59,875 bases of DNA from an uncultured Clostridia bacterium (GTDB lineage Bacteria > Bacillota > Clostridia > Christensenellales > UBA1242). The stretch covers positions 1 through 59,875 of the forward strand of contig CANRCQ010000001.1 of NCBI GenBank assembly GCA_947629145.1, written 5' to 3'. Positions within the stretch are counted from its first letter, which is position 1, and every line of letters starts with the position of its first letter. The notes beneath the pieces were generated by a model. The model saw nothing but the letters and a program-made list of their open reading frames with translations. It did no database searches and had not been told where the DNA came from. A program made the translations under genes and the position numbers. Below are positions 48,296-57,384 of the stretch, piece by piece.

Positions 48296-49135
48296 TTAAA
48301 ATAATCTTAATTTCAGTTTAAGCAAGCCGTTTTGGCTTTCGCCTACACCCAAAAATTCGCTTCCATAAACTTTAAAAAGTCCATCTTTCTTTACAGAAAT
48401 AAGTTGTCCATTTAAAACTTTTTGTGTGTCAACTTCACTTAGATAAATCTTGTCATAGTCAAACAATGTGTCGCATGGAATAAGTGTGTAATGCCCATTT
48501 TTAACATCTTCAAGTGAAAAGGCATCTTTCAAATCAAATACACCACATCTTGTGCGTAGTATGCAATGCATACTACCATAGGTTGACATCAAATATGCCA
48601 TATCTCTGCACACACTTCTTATATAAGTGCCGCTTGAACAAGAAATCTCAAACTCAAAAGTGTTCTTTTCAATCTCTCTTAAAACCTTGATTGAATATAT
48701 TTCAATTTCCTTTGGATGAAGTTCAATCTGCTGTCCACTTCGCGCACTTTTATATGCAACCTGTCCATTCACTTTTTTAGCGCTGTAAAGTGGTGGCATT
48801 TGATTTTGTTTCCCCACAAGTTTTTGTGCCGCTTTTTTCACATCGTCAAGTGTGACATTTGTTTCTTTTTCCTTAATCACCCTGCCTGCAAGGTCAAGTG
48901 TGTCAGTTTCAAAGCCAAAAACAAAAGTTGTTATGTATGTTTTGTCCTTTTGAAGAAAGTAGTCAAAAAGTTTTGTGGCGCTGTTCACGGTCACTGGCAA
49001 AAGCCCTTCGCCTTCCAAATCAAGTGTGCCAAGGTGGCCGCATTTTTTCGCGCCAACTGCGTGTTTGACAATGTTCACAGCCGTGTTTGAAGAAATGCCT
49101 TTTGGTTTGTTTATTAAGATAATTCCACTTGTCAT
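48296..49135 (-). CDS. truB: tRNA pseudouridine55 synthase
   Basis: GIILINKPKGISS...GHLGTLDLEGEGLLPV...GTYIRS. Confidence 0.95.
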   Translation of the reverse strand: MTSGIILINKPKGISSNTAVNIVKHAVGAKKCGHLGTLDLEGEGLLPVTVNSATKLFDYFLQKDKTYITTFVFGFETDTLDLAGRVIKEKETNVTLDDVKKAAQKLVGKQNQMPPLYSAKKVNGQVAYKSARSGQQIELHPKEIEIYSIKVLREIEKNTFEFEISCSSGTYIRSVCRDMAYLMSTYGSMHCILRTRCGVFDLKDAFSLEDVKNGHYTLIPCDTLFDYDKIYLSEVDTQKVLNGQLISVKKDGLFKVYGSEFLGVGESQNGLLKLKLRLF

Positions 49136-50091
49136 TTGATGCCCTTAACCCATTCTTTGATAAGTTTTTTCAATTTGCCCTTTGTTGTGTTAAGTTCAAA
49201 TCCTGCCGCACAAATATGGCCGCCACCATTGTGTTGTTCAGCAAATTTTTGTGCATTGAAATTTTTAGAACGCAAACTTACTTTATAATAATTTTCTGCA
49301 AACTCATAGCACACCAAAGACAGTTCCACCCCTTCAATCTGTATGATTTCATTGATATATGGTTTCAAGTCTTCGTCAGTTACGCCAAGCTTTGCCTTGT
49401 CTTTGTTTGAAAAAATTACAAAGCCAACTTTTCCGCCGTTTAAAAGTGTCATCTTGTCAGTGAAAGTGTTTCTAAGTTTTATCTGTTTAACTGTTGCGCG
49501 CCTATACATCAAATCATAAATCTTTTGAACATCAGCACCCTTTTCAAACAAAAGTGATGCCACATCGAAGGTGTCTTTCCTTATGTTGGAGTGCAAAAAT
49601 CTTCCTGTGTCACCTGTGATGCCTGCCCAAAGATAAGTTGCAATATCATTTGTGATTTCAACTTTATTCTCAACAAAAAAGTGTGTTAAAAGTTGACAGC
49701 ACGCCGCCATGTTCACATCAACAAGTGAGTTTTCTGTTATATCTCCCCTTGCATCTGGCAAGTGGTGGTCAATGACAACTATTTTTTTCATTTCATTGAT
49801 TTGCTCAAACTTCTTTTCAACCCTGTGCGGAGTTGACGCATCAACCACAATCGCAAGGTCAAACTTCTTTGGAGAAAAATTGTCTTTCACATCATCAAGT
49901 GGGAACATTTCATCCAAATAGCATTTTGGGCTTTTCACAGCAAAGATTTCCGCATTTATGCCAAGATTTCTGCACATATCTCTCACTGCAAACATCGAGC
50001 CATATGCGTCAGGGTCTGGATGTTGATGTGCGAAAATTGCAACTTTTTTTGCCGATTTTATTATATCAAAAATCTCTTTACTTGTCATCAT
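49132..50091 (-). CDS. nrnA: DHH/DHHA1 phosphoesterase (NrnA-like oligoribonuclease/pAp phosphatase)
   Basis: HQHPDPDAYGS, DHH (VIDHH) and a GGGHICAAG C-terminal motif. Confidence 0.85.
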   Translation of the reverse strand: MMTSKEIFDIIKSAKKVAIFAHQHPDPDAYGSMFAVRDMCRNLGINAEIFAVKSPKCYLDEMFPLDDVKDNFSPKKFDLAIVVDASTPHRVEKKFEQINEMKKIVVIDHHLPDARGDITENSLVDVNMAACCQLLTHFFVENKVEITNDIATYLWAGITGDTGRFLHSNIRKDTFDVASLLFEKGADVQKIYDLMYRRATVKQIKLRNTFTDKMTLLNGGKVGFVIFSNKDKAKLGVTDEDLKPYINEIIQIEGVELSLVCYEFAENYYKVSLRSKNFNAQKFAEQHNGGGHICAAGFELNTTKGKLKKLIKEWVKGIK

Positions 50092-50440
50092 CTTCCACCT
50101 CTGGTATATTCAAAGTTCTAAGAATCTCGTCAACGCGAATTGCGCTTAATGTGCTTTTGTCAACAACAAAATTTATCTTTGGAATTTGTGGCATATCAAG
50201 CATCTTTGAAAGTTCCCTTTTAATAAAACCTTCGCTTTTCTGCAAAACTTTTGTCACATTTGAAACATCTTCAATGTCCAAAACGCTGACTTTCGCCTTG
50301 CAATATTTAAAATCAGGAGTCACTGAAACTTCGGTTATGCTGACAATTTTGTTAAGCCTTGGGTCGTTCATTTTTGTTTGAATAATTTCAATAAGCGCCT
50401 TTTGGATTTCGCTGTTTGCTCTATCAATTCTGTTTGACAT
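50078..50440 (-). CDS. rbfA: ribosome-binding factor A
   Basis: RIDRANSEIQKALIEII...DPRL..VSITEVSVTPD. Confidence 0.9.
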   Translation of the reverse strand: MSNRIDRANSEIQKALIEIIQTKMNDPRLNKIVSITEVSVTPDFKYCKAKVSVLDIEDVSNVTKVLQKSEGFIKRELSKMLDMPQIPKINFVVDKSTLSAIRVDEILRTLNIPEVEDDDK

Positions 50441-50470
50441 AGTTTCTCTCCTTTTAATTTGAAAAAGAGG

Positions 50471-52942
50471 TCAATCTCTTTTAACCTCTTCTTTTTTATA
50501 GCATTCAATCACATCGCCTTCTTGGAAGTCGATACTGTCTTTAAGTTTAATTCCGCATTCAAAGCCCTTTGCAACTTCGGCTTTTTCGTCTTTAACAATT
50601 CTCATGCTTTCAATCACGCTTTCTGCGATAATTTCTCCGCCGCGTTTAATCTTTGCAATGCCGTTTCTTATCATCTTGCCGTCAAGCACATAACTTCCTG
50701 CAACCTTTCCAGCAGATGAAAGTTTGAAAACAACGCGAATTTCAGCACTTCCAATATATTTTTCTTCATACTTGATTGTCATCATGCCTTTTGAAAGGCG
50801 TGTGATTTGGTCAACAAGCTCATAGATAATCTTAGACTCAATAATCTCAACGTGCAAAGACTCCGCCATAGATAAAGTTTTACTTGGTGATTTAATGTTG
50901 AAAGCAACGATAACTGCGCCTGTGGTCTGTGCCAATAAAACGTCACTTTCCGTGATTGCACCAGCGCCACTGTGAAGGCAAACAACCTTAACTTCGTCAT
51001 TTCTAATTGCTTCAAGAGAAGCCTTGATTGCTTCAACTGAGCCTTGTGTGTCCGCTTTAAGAATGACATTAAGATTTTTAAGATTACCTTCATGAATTTT
51101 TGACATAAAGTCATCTGCACTCACTCCGGAAGTGTGTTTTGCGCGTTCTTGTTTGATTTTGTTTATTCTTTCATTGATAACTTGTTTTGAAAGATTTTCG
51201 TCAACAACATACACTGCATCGCCGGAGTTTGGCACATCATTAAAGCCCATAACAGCAACTGGTGTTGATGGTGGTGCTTTCTTAACCGCCTTTCCGTTTT
51301 CGTCAAACATCGCCTTAACTTTTCCATAGGTTATGCCGGACATAATTGAGTCGCCAATTTTAAGTGTGCCGTTTTGAACAAGCACTGTTGCAACAGCACC
51401 CCTTGTTTTGTCGAGTTCTGCTTCAATAACTGTTCCTGTTGCCATCTTGTTTGGATTTGCTTTAAGTTCTTCCATTTCAGCAACAAGAAGAATCATCTTT
51501 TTCAGTTCGTCAAGCCCCATTCCAGTCTTGCAAGAGATAGGAACACAGATTGCATTTCCGCCCCATTCTTCTGGAAGGACATCATTTTCAGCAAGTTGCT
51601 GTTTAACGCGTTCTGGATTTGCTTCTGGCTTGTCCATCTTATTTATTGCAACAATCATTGGAACTTTTGCCGCTTTGATGTGATTTATGGCTTCAACCGT
51701 CTGTGGCATGATGCCGTCATCAGCCGCAACAACCAAGATTGCAATATCTGTCACTTCCGCCCCACGAGCACGCATTGAAGTGAATGCTGCGTGTCCAGGA
51801 GTGTCGATAAAAGTGATTTTTTCGCCATCAAAAGAGATTTGATAAGCGCCGATTTTTTGTGTAATTCCGCCAGCTTCGCCAGAAACAACATTTGTCTTTC
51901 TAAATGCATCCAAAAGGGAAGTTTTGCCGTGGTCAACGTGCCCCATAACAGTGACGACAGGTGGCCTTTTAACAAGGTCTTTTTCGTCATCAGCTTCAGT
52001 TGACGCATCAATAAGTTTTTCTTCGTAAGTTTTGTCAAGTTTAAGTTCAAGTGTCACACCAAGTTCACTCGCAACAAGTTCGCAAGTGTCAAAATCAATC
52101 GTGCTGTTTATTGTTGCCATAATCCCTAAAAGCATAAGTTTTTTAACAATTTCCGCAACTGGCTTTCCAATTTTTTCGGAGAGTTCTTTCACAGTGATTT
52201 CACGAGATGTGATTGTTGCATTTGTGATTTTTGTTGCAACAACAGCCTTTTCTTCTTTCTTCTTTTTAATGAGTTTTCTAGAACCCATTGTCGTTTCTTC
52301 AACACCTTCTTCGTCCATGACAAGAATGTTGTTTTGTTTGTATTGACCAGCGCGTTTTACAGCACTAATTTTCTTGCTTTCATCGATGTTTCTGCGCTGT
52401 TTATTCTTGTTGCCAAATTGACGTTCTGGAGTTGCCAAAACAGAACTGCTTTCCTGTGGTGCAAAGGACTTAAAGTTGTTTGCCCTTGTCGAAACAAAAG
52501 AGTTGCTCTTTGGCTTTTGTCCTTGATTTTGCTGTCCAAATGGTCGGTTTTGGTTGTTGTTAAAACGTTGATTAAAGCCGCCATTATTGTTGTTTCTTGG
52601 TGGAAATTTTCCGTTTTGTTGTTTGGAAAATTTGTCATTATTATTCTTGTCGAATTTGCGGAAGTTATTGTTTGAAGTGCCGCCTTGTGAGAAGATTTTT
52701 TCTTCTTTTTTCTCAACCTTTTGTGGCTCTTCTTTTTGTGCCTGCTGCTGCTTTTCAAGTTCTTTTTGTTTCTGTTCTTGAAGCGCTATGCTTTGAAGTT
52801 TTGCCTTTTGGTCTGCAACACTTTTGGAGAATTTCTCAACATCCGCTCTTGCTTGTTTTATAGACAATAATAAATCTTGCAAAGAGCCATCCCTTTGTAT
52901 GTTGTTTATTGTTTTTAATGAATTTAAAAGTTGTTGTGCCAA
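50471..52942 (-). CDS. infB: translation initiation factor IF-2
   Basis: G domain ([16 protein letters not shown]) and a low-complexity N/Q/K-rich N-terminal third. TTG start after AAGGAG. Confidence 0.95.
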   Translation of the reverse strand: MAQQLLNSLKTINNIQRDGSLQDLLLSIKQARADVEKFSKSVADQKAKLQSIALQEQKQKELEKQQQAQKEEPQKVEKKEEKIFSQGGTSNNNFRKFDKNNNDKFSKQQNGKFPPRNNNNGGFNQRFNNNQNRPFGQQNQGQKPKSNSFVSTRANNFKSFAPQESSSVLATPERQFGNKNKQRRNIDESKKISAVKRAGQYKQNNILVMDEEGVEETTMGSRKLIKKKKEEKAVVATKITNATITSREITVKELSEKIGKPVAEIVKKLMLLGIMATINSTIDFDTCELVASELGVTLELKLDKTYEEKLIDASTEADDEKDLVKRPPVVTVMGHVDHGKTSLLDAFRKTNVVSGEAGGITQKIGAYQISFDGEKITFIDTPGHAAFTSMRARGAEVTDIAILVVAADDGIMPQTVEAINHIKAAKVPMIVAINKMDKPEANPERVKQQLAENDVLPEEWGGNAICVPISCKTGMGLDELKKMILLVAEMEELKANPNKMATGTVIEAELDKTRGAVATVLVQNGTLKIGDSIMSGITYGKVKAMFDENGKAVKKAPPSTPVAVMGFNDVPNSGDAVYVVDENLSKQVINERINKIKQERAKHTSGVSADDFMSKIHEGNLKNLNVILKADTQGSVEAIKASLEAIRNDEVKVVCLHSGAGAITESDVLLAQTTGAVIVAFNIKSPSKTLSMAESLHVEIIESKIIYELVDQITRLSKGMMTIKYEEKYIGSAEIRVVFKLSSAGKVAGSYVLDGKMIRNGIAKIKRGGEIIAESVIESMRIVKDEKAEVAKGFECGIKLKDSIDFQEGDVIECYKKEEVKRD

Positions 52943-52943
52943 G

Positions 52944-53231
52944 TTATTCTCCTTTTAAAATTTTAATTATGCTTTCACTCAGGTTTTTATTTTTAATTCC
53001 CAAGACTTTGCAGTTTTCAATCTTTGATATTTCAGGCAGATTTTCGATTTCAATTATTGGAATTTCTTTGTTTTTTGCAAGAAAATTCATTTCTCTGTTC
53101 AAGCTTTTTCCTGCTGTTTTGTCTAAAAGCAATAGATACAATTTCCTGTCATAGCCTTTAAGTGTGTCTTGTCCAACAATCACATATCCTGCCTTTTTTG
53201 CTATTGAAATAATTCCGCTTAGATTATTCAA
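52944..53231 (-). CDS. ylxQ: L7Ae-family RNA-binding protein (YlxQ)
   Basis: 95 aa, in the canonical position between ylxR and infB. Confidence 0.8.
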   Translation of the reverse strand: MNNLSGIISIAKKAGYVIVGQDTLKGYDRKLYLLLLDKTAGKSLNREMNFLAKNKEIPIIEIENLPEISKIENCKVLGIKNKNLSESIIKILKGE

Positions 53232-53484
53232 TACACTCTCCTATTTTTTTGTAAACTTCATCACTTACATTGCATTTAAACGCGCGGTTCAAACTTTTCT
53301 GCTTGCAAAGTTTTTCATAACAAGCCCTGTCTTTGCAGACATATGCACCCCTGCCGTTTGCCTTCCCAGTGACATCCACAAAGATTTCGCCATCCTTGTT
53401 TTTGACAACTCTAAGAAGTTGCTTTTTGTCGCTCTGCCCACGGCAGACAATACACATTCTAATTTTTTCTTTTGGTTTATTCAT
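53224..53484 (-). CDS. ylxR: YlxR-family (DUF448) RNA-binding protein
   Basis: RMCIVCRGQSDKKQLLRVV...GRGAYVC. Confidence 0.85.
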   Translation of the reverse strand: MNKPKEKIRMCIVCRGQSDKKQLLRVVKNKDGEIFVDVTGKANGRGAYVCKDRACYEKLCKQKSLNRAFKCNVSDEVYKKIGECIE

Positions 53485-54661
53485 CTTTCTTCTCTTCTAA
53501 ATCATCAAGATTGTCAAAGTTTCCGTCAAGTTCTTCCAAGTCAGTAAGGTCAAAAGAGTTGTCATCAGCAAGTTCTGTAAGTTCATATTCAGCTTCTTCT
53601 GGCTTTGTTTCAGCTGCTGGACGAAGGAAACTTTCTGGCTTGACATCAATCTTCCAACCAGTGAGCCTTGCAGCAAGTCGAACATTTTGTCCACCCTTGC
53701 CGATTGCAAGAGAAAGTTTGTCGTCTGGAACAATAACCTGTGACATATTAAGACTGTCGTTGGTTTCAACAGAAAGCACTTTTGCTGGTGCAAGCGCCCT
53801 TGCAATATATTCAAGTGGGTCTTGTGAATATTCAATAAGGTCGATTTTTTCGCCATTGAGTTCTGCAACAATGGTGTTAATTCTCGTTCCACGATTTCCC
53901 ACGCAAGCGCCGATTGCGTCAACGTTAGGTTTGTCAGTGAAAACAGCAACTTTTGCACGATTTCCTGGGTCACGAGCAATGTTTTTGATTTTAACATCGC
54001 CACTTGAAATCTCTGGAACTTCAAGTTCAAACAACTTTCTCACAAAGCCGATATTGCTTCTTGAAACTTGAATTTGTGTGCCTTTAAAAGACTCTTTGAT
54101 TTTCTTCACGTAAACTTTCACACGGTCGCCAACTTGAAAGTTGTCGCCAGGGATTTGGTCATTTTTCATCATAAGCCCTTCTGTGTGAGAGTTTGGAATT
54201 TGAACATAAACATTGTCGCCGTCAATACGCTTTACAACAGTTGTCAAAAGTTCATCTTCTTTTTCGGAAATTTCGCTTAAAGCGTTTTGTCTTTCCATTT
54301 CACGAAGTTTTTGCATAACAACTTGCTTTGCAGTTTGTGCAGCAATTCTTCCAAAATCCTTTGTGGTTTCTTCAACGGCAATTATGTCGCCCACTTTATA
54401 GGATTTTTTCTGTTTTCTTGCTTCTTCCAAAGAGATTTCTTTGTCTAAATCTTCTGGCTCTGCAACGATTGTTTTATAGGAATAAATTCTTATGGTGTTG
54501 CGTTCTGGATACAACTTAACCATTGCACTTTTTGCTTCGCCATAGGTCTTTTTATAAGCCGAAGTGAGCGCTGTTTCAAGCGTTTGAATAAATGTTTCTT
54601 TGTCAATTTTCTTTTCTGCTTCAAGGTCATCAAGTGCCTTAAAAAAATCTTTATTTACCAT
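53477..54661 (-). CDS. nusA: transcription termination/antitermination factor NusA
   Basis: N-terminal domain, S1 and two KH domains (GACVGNRGTRI, AIGKGGQNVRLA) plus an acidic tail. Confidence 0.95.
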   Translation of the reverse strand: MVNKDFFKALDDLEAEKKIDKETFIQTLETALTSAYKKTYGEAKSAMVKLYPERNTIRIYSYKTIVAEPEDLDKEISLEEARKQKKSYKVGDIIAVEETTKDFGRIAAQTAKQVVMQKLREMERQNALSEISEKEDELLTTVVKRIDGDNVYVQIPNSHTEGLMMKNDQIPGDNFQVGDRVKVYVKKIKESFKGTQIQVSRSNIGFVRKLFELEVPEISSGDVKIKNIARDPGNRAKVAVFTDKPNVDAIGACVGNRGTRINTIVAELNGEKIDLIEYSQDPLEYIARALAPAKVLSVETNDSLNMSQVIVPDDKLSLAIGKGGQNVRLAARLTGWKIDVKPESFLRPAAETKPEEAEYELTELADDNSFDLTDLEELDGNFDNLDDLEEKKDE

Positions 54662-54671
54662 GTTTTTCTCC

Positions 54672-55130
54672 TTAAAAATGAATAACTAATTTAATATTTG
54701 CAACTTTTTCTCTGTCAAACACAAGTGTTTCTTTTTCGGTTTTGATTTGCACCGTCTTTTCATCAAACTTGTCAAGCACACCAACAAAAACTTTTTTTCC
54801 GTCAAGTTTTGCAAAAAGTGTAAGTTCAACTTCTTGCCCAAGATTTCTCTTCAAGTCACGGTCGGTTTTTAGCGGTCTGTCAAGCCCTGGCGATGACACA
54901 ACAAGTGTGTAAGGCTTGTCGTCAGTTGGATTGAGTTCGTCTAAGATTGGGTCTATCTTTTTTGTTACAATTTCACAATCGTCAATGCTTACACCCTTGT
55001 CACTGTCGATTGTAAAAACCAAACTCATTCCCCCATTTTCTTTTTCATAACTTACTTCCAAAAGTTCATAGCCCATTTCTTCGATAACTGGTTTGAGTTT
55101 TTCTTCGCAAATCTCTTTGATTTTAGCCAT
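54672..55130 (-). CDS. rimP: ribosome maturation factor RimP
   Basis: 152 aa from ATG 55130 (RBS GGAGG), ...GYELLEVSY...SSPGLDRPLK. Confidence 0.9.
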   Translation of the reverse strand: MAKIKEICEEKLKPVIEEMGYELLEVSYEKENGGMSLVFTIDSDKGVSIDDCEIVTKKIDPILDELNPTDDKPYTLVVSSPGLDRPLKTDRDLKRNLGQEVELTLFAKLDGKKVFVGVLDKFDEKTVQIKTEKETLVFDREKVANIKLVIHF

Positions 55131-55159
55131 ATATCCTCCAAAAAAGTCTCTCTTAAAGC

Positions 55160-55189
55160 AACGAGGAGGCAAAAATTTGCCTCCTCGTT
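55160..55189 (-). promoter_or_regulatory. 12-bp GC-rich hairpin in the rimP-nusA-infB leader
   Basis: AACGAGGAGGCA-N6-TGCCTCCTCGTT. It lies between the promoter (-10 at 55209..55204) and the rimP RBS. Confidence 0.7.
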
Positions 55190-55203
55190 ACCAAGTTATC
55201 TTT

Positions 55204-55232
55204 ATTATAAACTATATTTATAAAAAAAGCAA
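55204..55232 (-). promoter_or_regulatory. rimP operon promoter
   Basis: On the minus strand: TTGCTT (55232..55227), 17 nt spacer, TATAAT (55209..55204). Confidence 0.6.
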
Positions 55233-55256
55233 GAAAAAATACAGAAAAAATCAAAA

Positions 55257-56789
55257 TTATTTTATTTCATTAAGTCTCAAAAGCACCTGCGCCGTTGCAT
55301 AGGCATCGTTCCAAGCCCTGTGTGCGCCTTCAAGTTTAATTCCAAGATAGTTTGTAAGCGCCGACAGATTAAACTTTGTAAGTTTAAGTCTTGCTGTTCT
55401 GGCTTCACTTAAAGTGTCGATAAGTTCGTTGTCAAAGTCAAGCCCCATAATTTCGCCTTCACGGCGAATAAATTTAATATCAAAATTGATGATGTTGTGT
55501 CCGCTTATTATGCAGTCGTGTGTGAAATCATAGAAATCTTTAATAACATCTTGCACATCTGGTGCATTTTCAACCATGTCCTGTGAAATGCCAGTGAGAT
55601 TTGTTATATCGCGCGAAATTTCAACTGTTGGCCTAACAAAACTTGCAAACTTTTCAATAATATTGCCGTTGTCGATTTTCACAGCACCAATTTCAATGAT
55701 TTGGTCTTGTTCTGGGTCTAGTCCAGTTGTTTCAATATCAAACACAACAATCTTCTTTCCCAAAATTTTTTTGTTGTATCTGTTCTTTTCGCCAAACATG
55801 GTGTCCTGTTCAAGCGCTTCAAACTTTTCAATATTCACAACATGACCGTTGTGTTCTTTTTCTTGGATTTCTTCCGGCTGCTTCTCAAGTTTATTTGCAA
55901 GCGCAATCTTGTCCGCATACAAACAAAGTTTGTTCTGTTGATTTAAACGCACATCCCCATGCACAAGAACAAACATAAACTCTTCAAGTGACTCCATAAC
56001 TTTTTCATAGCACTTTGCACAGAAATAAATACAGTCAATTTTGCCCTTATCATCTTGAATTGTAAAACTAAAATATGCCTTGCTTTGTCCGGCGCGCTTG
56101 CCTTTTTTAATGACAAAATCGCGTCTTTCAATGCGCCTTATAAAGCCAGCCACAACCACAGAGTTTTTTGGCGCAGTTATATAAGAAAGGTATTCTGGCT
56201 TTGTGATAATTCCCTTGCCGACAACTTCTTTCACAATCTCAACATTGTATCTTGAAATAGGCTTTGCCACCGTTTTCATTTGCACATTTTGAATGTCAAC
56301 TTCGTCAACAAAGTCTTTGTTTTCAATCAAAGTGAATATAAAATCCACCAAAAAATTGTCCTTCAAATATTTTGTAAGTTCCGCCACAACCTTGTGTTCA
56401 ATAAAAAAGTCGTGCATACGCGTTGAAAGTTCAACGTCAACTTGCACATCAATAGGTGTGATTGAAACTTTAAAGTTATTTTCGTTTAAATAAGTTGTCA
56501 CAAGTTTGTATTTTTGTTCAAAGAAAGCAGAAATCGCCTTTAAAACAAGTTTCTCTTCCAAGAAAACACGCATAAATTTGACTTTAAGTTCCAACTTTTC
56601 AAGGTTCACATTTTCTTTTATAAATGCGATTATCTCGTGTTTTTCTTCCGCCGTTAGTTCTGGCACAGTTGATGGATATAAAAAAGTCACAACAAGTTCA
56701 TTGCTGTCTTTTTTAACCACAACATTTTTAAGTTGCAAGTTTTGATATTTGTCGCCAAAGCGCGCGTTAAATTCTTCTTGAAAGTTCAT
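55257..56789 (-). CDS. PolC-like N-terminal/OB/3'-5' exonuclease protein lacking PHP and polymerase domains
   Basis: 510 aa. It has a PolC-type N-terminal region, an OB segment (VVVAGFIRRIERRDFVIKKGKRAGQSKAYFSFTIQDDKGKIDCIYF) and complete DEDDh exonuclease motifs (VFDIETTG, GHNIINFD, HRAWNDA). It occupies the polC position upstream of rimP. Confidence 0.75.
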   Translation of the reverse strand: MNFQEEFNARFGDKYQNLQLKNVVVKKDSNELVVTFLYPSTVPELTAEEKHEIIAFIKENVNLEKLELKVKFMRVFLEEKLVLKAISAFFEQKYKLVTTYLNENNFKVSITPIDVQVDVELSTRMHDFFIEHKVVAELTKYLKDNFLVDFIFTLIENKDFVDEVDIQNVQMKTVAKPISRYNVEIVKEVVGKGIITKPEYLSYITAPKNSVVVAGFIRRIERRDFVIKKGKRAGQSKAYFSFTIQDDKGKIDCIYFCAKCYEKVMESLEEFMFVLVHGDVRLNQQNKLCLYADKIALANKLEKQPEEIQEKEHNGHVVNIEKFEALEQDTMFGEKNRYNKKILGKKIVVFDIETTGLDPEQDQIIEIGAVKIDNGNIIEKFASFVRPTVEISRDITNLTGISQDMVENAPDVQDVIKDFYDFTHDCIISGHNIINFDIKFIRREGEIMGLDFDNELIDTLSEARTARLKLTKFNLSALTNYLGIKLEGAHRAWNDAYATAQVLLRLNEIK

Positions 56790-56795
56790 GTAATC

Positions 56796-56824
56796 ATTTT
56801 AAGAGAAATAACTTATTTTGTCAA
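56796..56824 (-). promoter_or_regulatory. consensus promoter abutting the PolC-like gene start (leaderless candidate)
   Basis: On the minus strand: TTGACA (56824..56819), 17 nt spacer, TAAAAT (56801..56796), then 6 nt (gattac) and ATG 56789. No SD. An in-frame stop lies 4 codons upstream. Confidence 0.65.
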
Positions 56825-56830
56825 GATTAT

Positions 56831-57376
56831 TTAAGCAAATTCAACATATTTCCCTTTTAAGAAAGAACCTTGCTTTTTCTCTTTTTCTATTCTTTTTTCT
56901 TCCAGCATTTCAAGGCTTAGATTAAGCATATCTGCAAGTGCAATTACCCCCCCCGATACTTTTTGAAGATTTTCTTTGATGTTTTGTTTGTTTTGAAGTT
57001 CAATTACACATTGTGAAATTGTGTCTTTAATAATTTCTTTGTCTTTTTTGCAATCTATCTTTTGCAAATTTCGGTCAATCTTGTAAAAATCACAAAGGTC
57101 GCATAAAACCTGCAAAAAATCCACCAAATACTGCGTTCCAAGCAAGGCTTGAAGTTCACTTTCCGTGTAAGATTCAAGTTTTAATTCCTTTGGCTTTTTG
57201 TCATTTTTATAATATTCTTCCCTTGCCTTTTTATCAAAAATTACGTCAATTCTGTCAACTTTTTGCGCAAGTTTCAAGACAAGTTCACACTCCAATTCTT
57301 CCATGCTTGGATTGTAAACTTTTGCCTTATCCACGCAAGATAACGCGTTTTTCTCTCTCCAAAAATATTTATCCAT
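56831..57376 (-). CDS. hypothetical helical protein (possibly a MazG-like NTP-pyrophosphohydrolase fold)
   Basis: 181 aa with no firm family call. It contains a G8 tract in its coding strand. Confidence 0.5.
   Translation of the reverse strand: MDKYFWREKNALSCVDKAKVYNPSMEELECELVLKLAQKVDRIDVIFDKKAREEYYKNDKKPKELKLESYTESELQALLGTQYLVDFLQVLCDLCDFYKIDRNLQKIDCKKDKEIIKDTISQCVIELQNKQNIKENLQKVSGGVIALADMLNLSLEMLEEKRIEKEKKQGSFLKGKYVEFA
56946..56953. repeat. C8/G8 homopolymer inside the hypothetical gene
   Basis: aattaCCCCCCCCgatac. It encodes the Ser-Gly-Gly stretch of ..KVSGGVIA.. and is the longest G/C run I saw in the window. Confidence 0.9.
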
Positions 57377-57384
57377 ATCTCATC

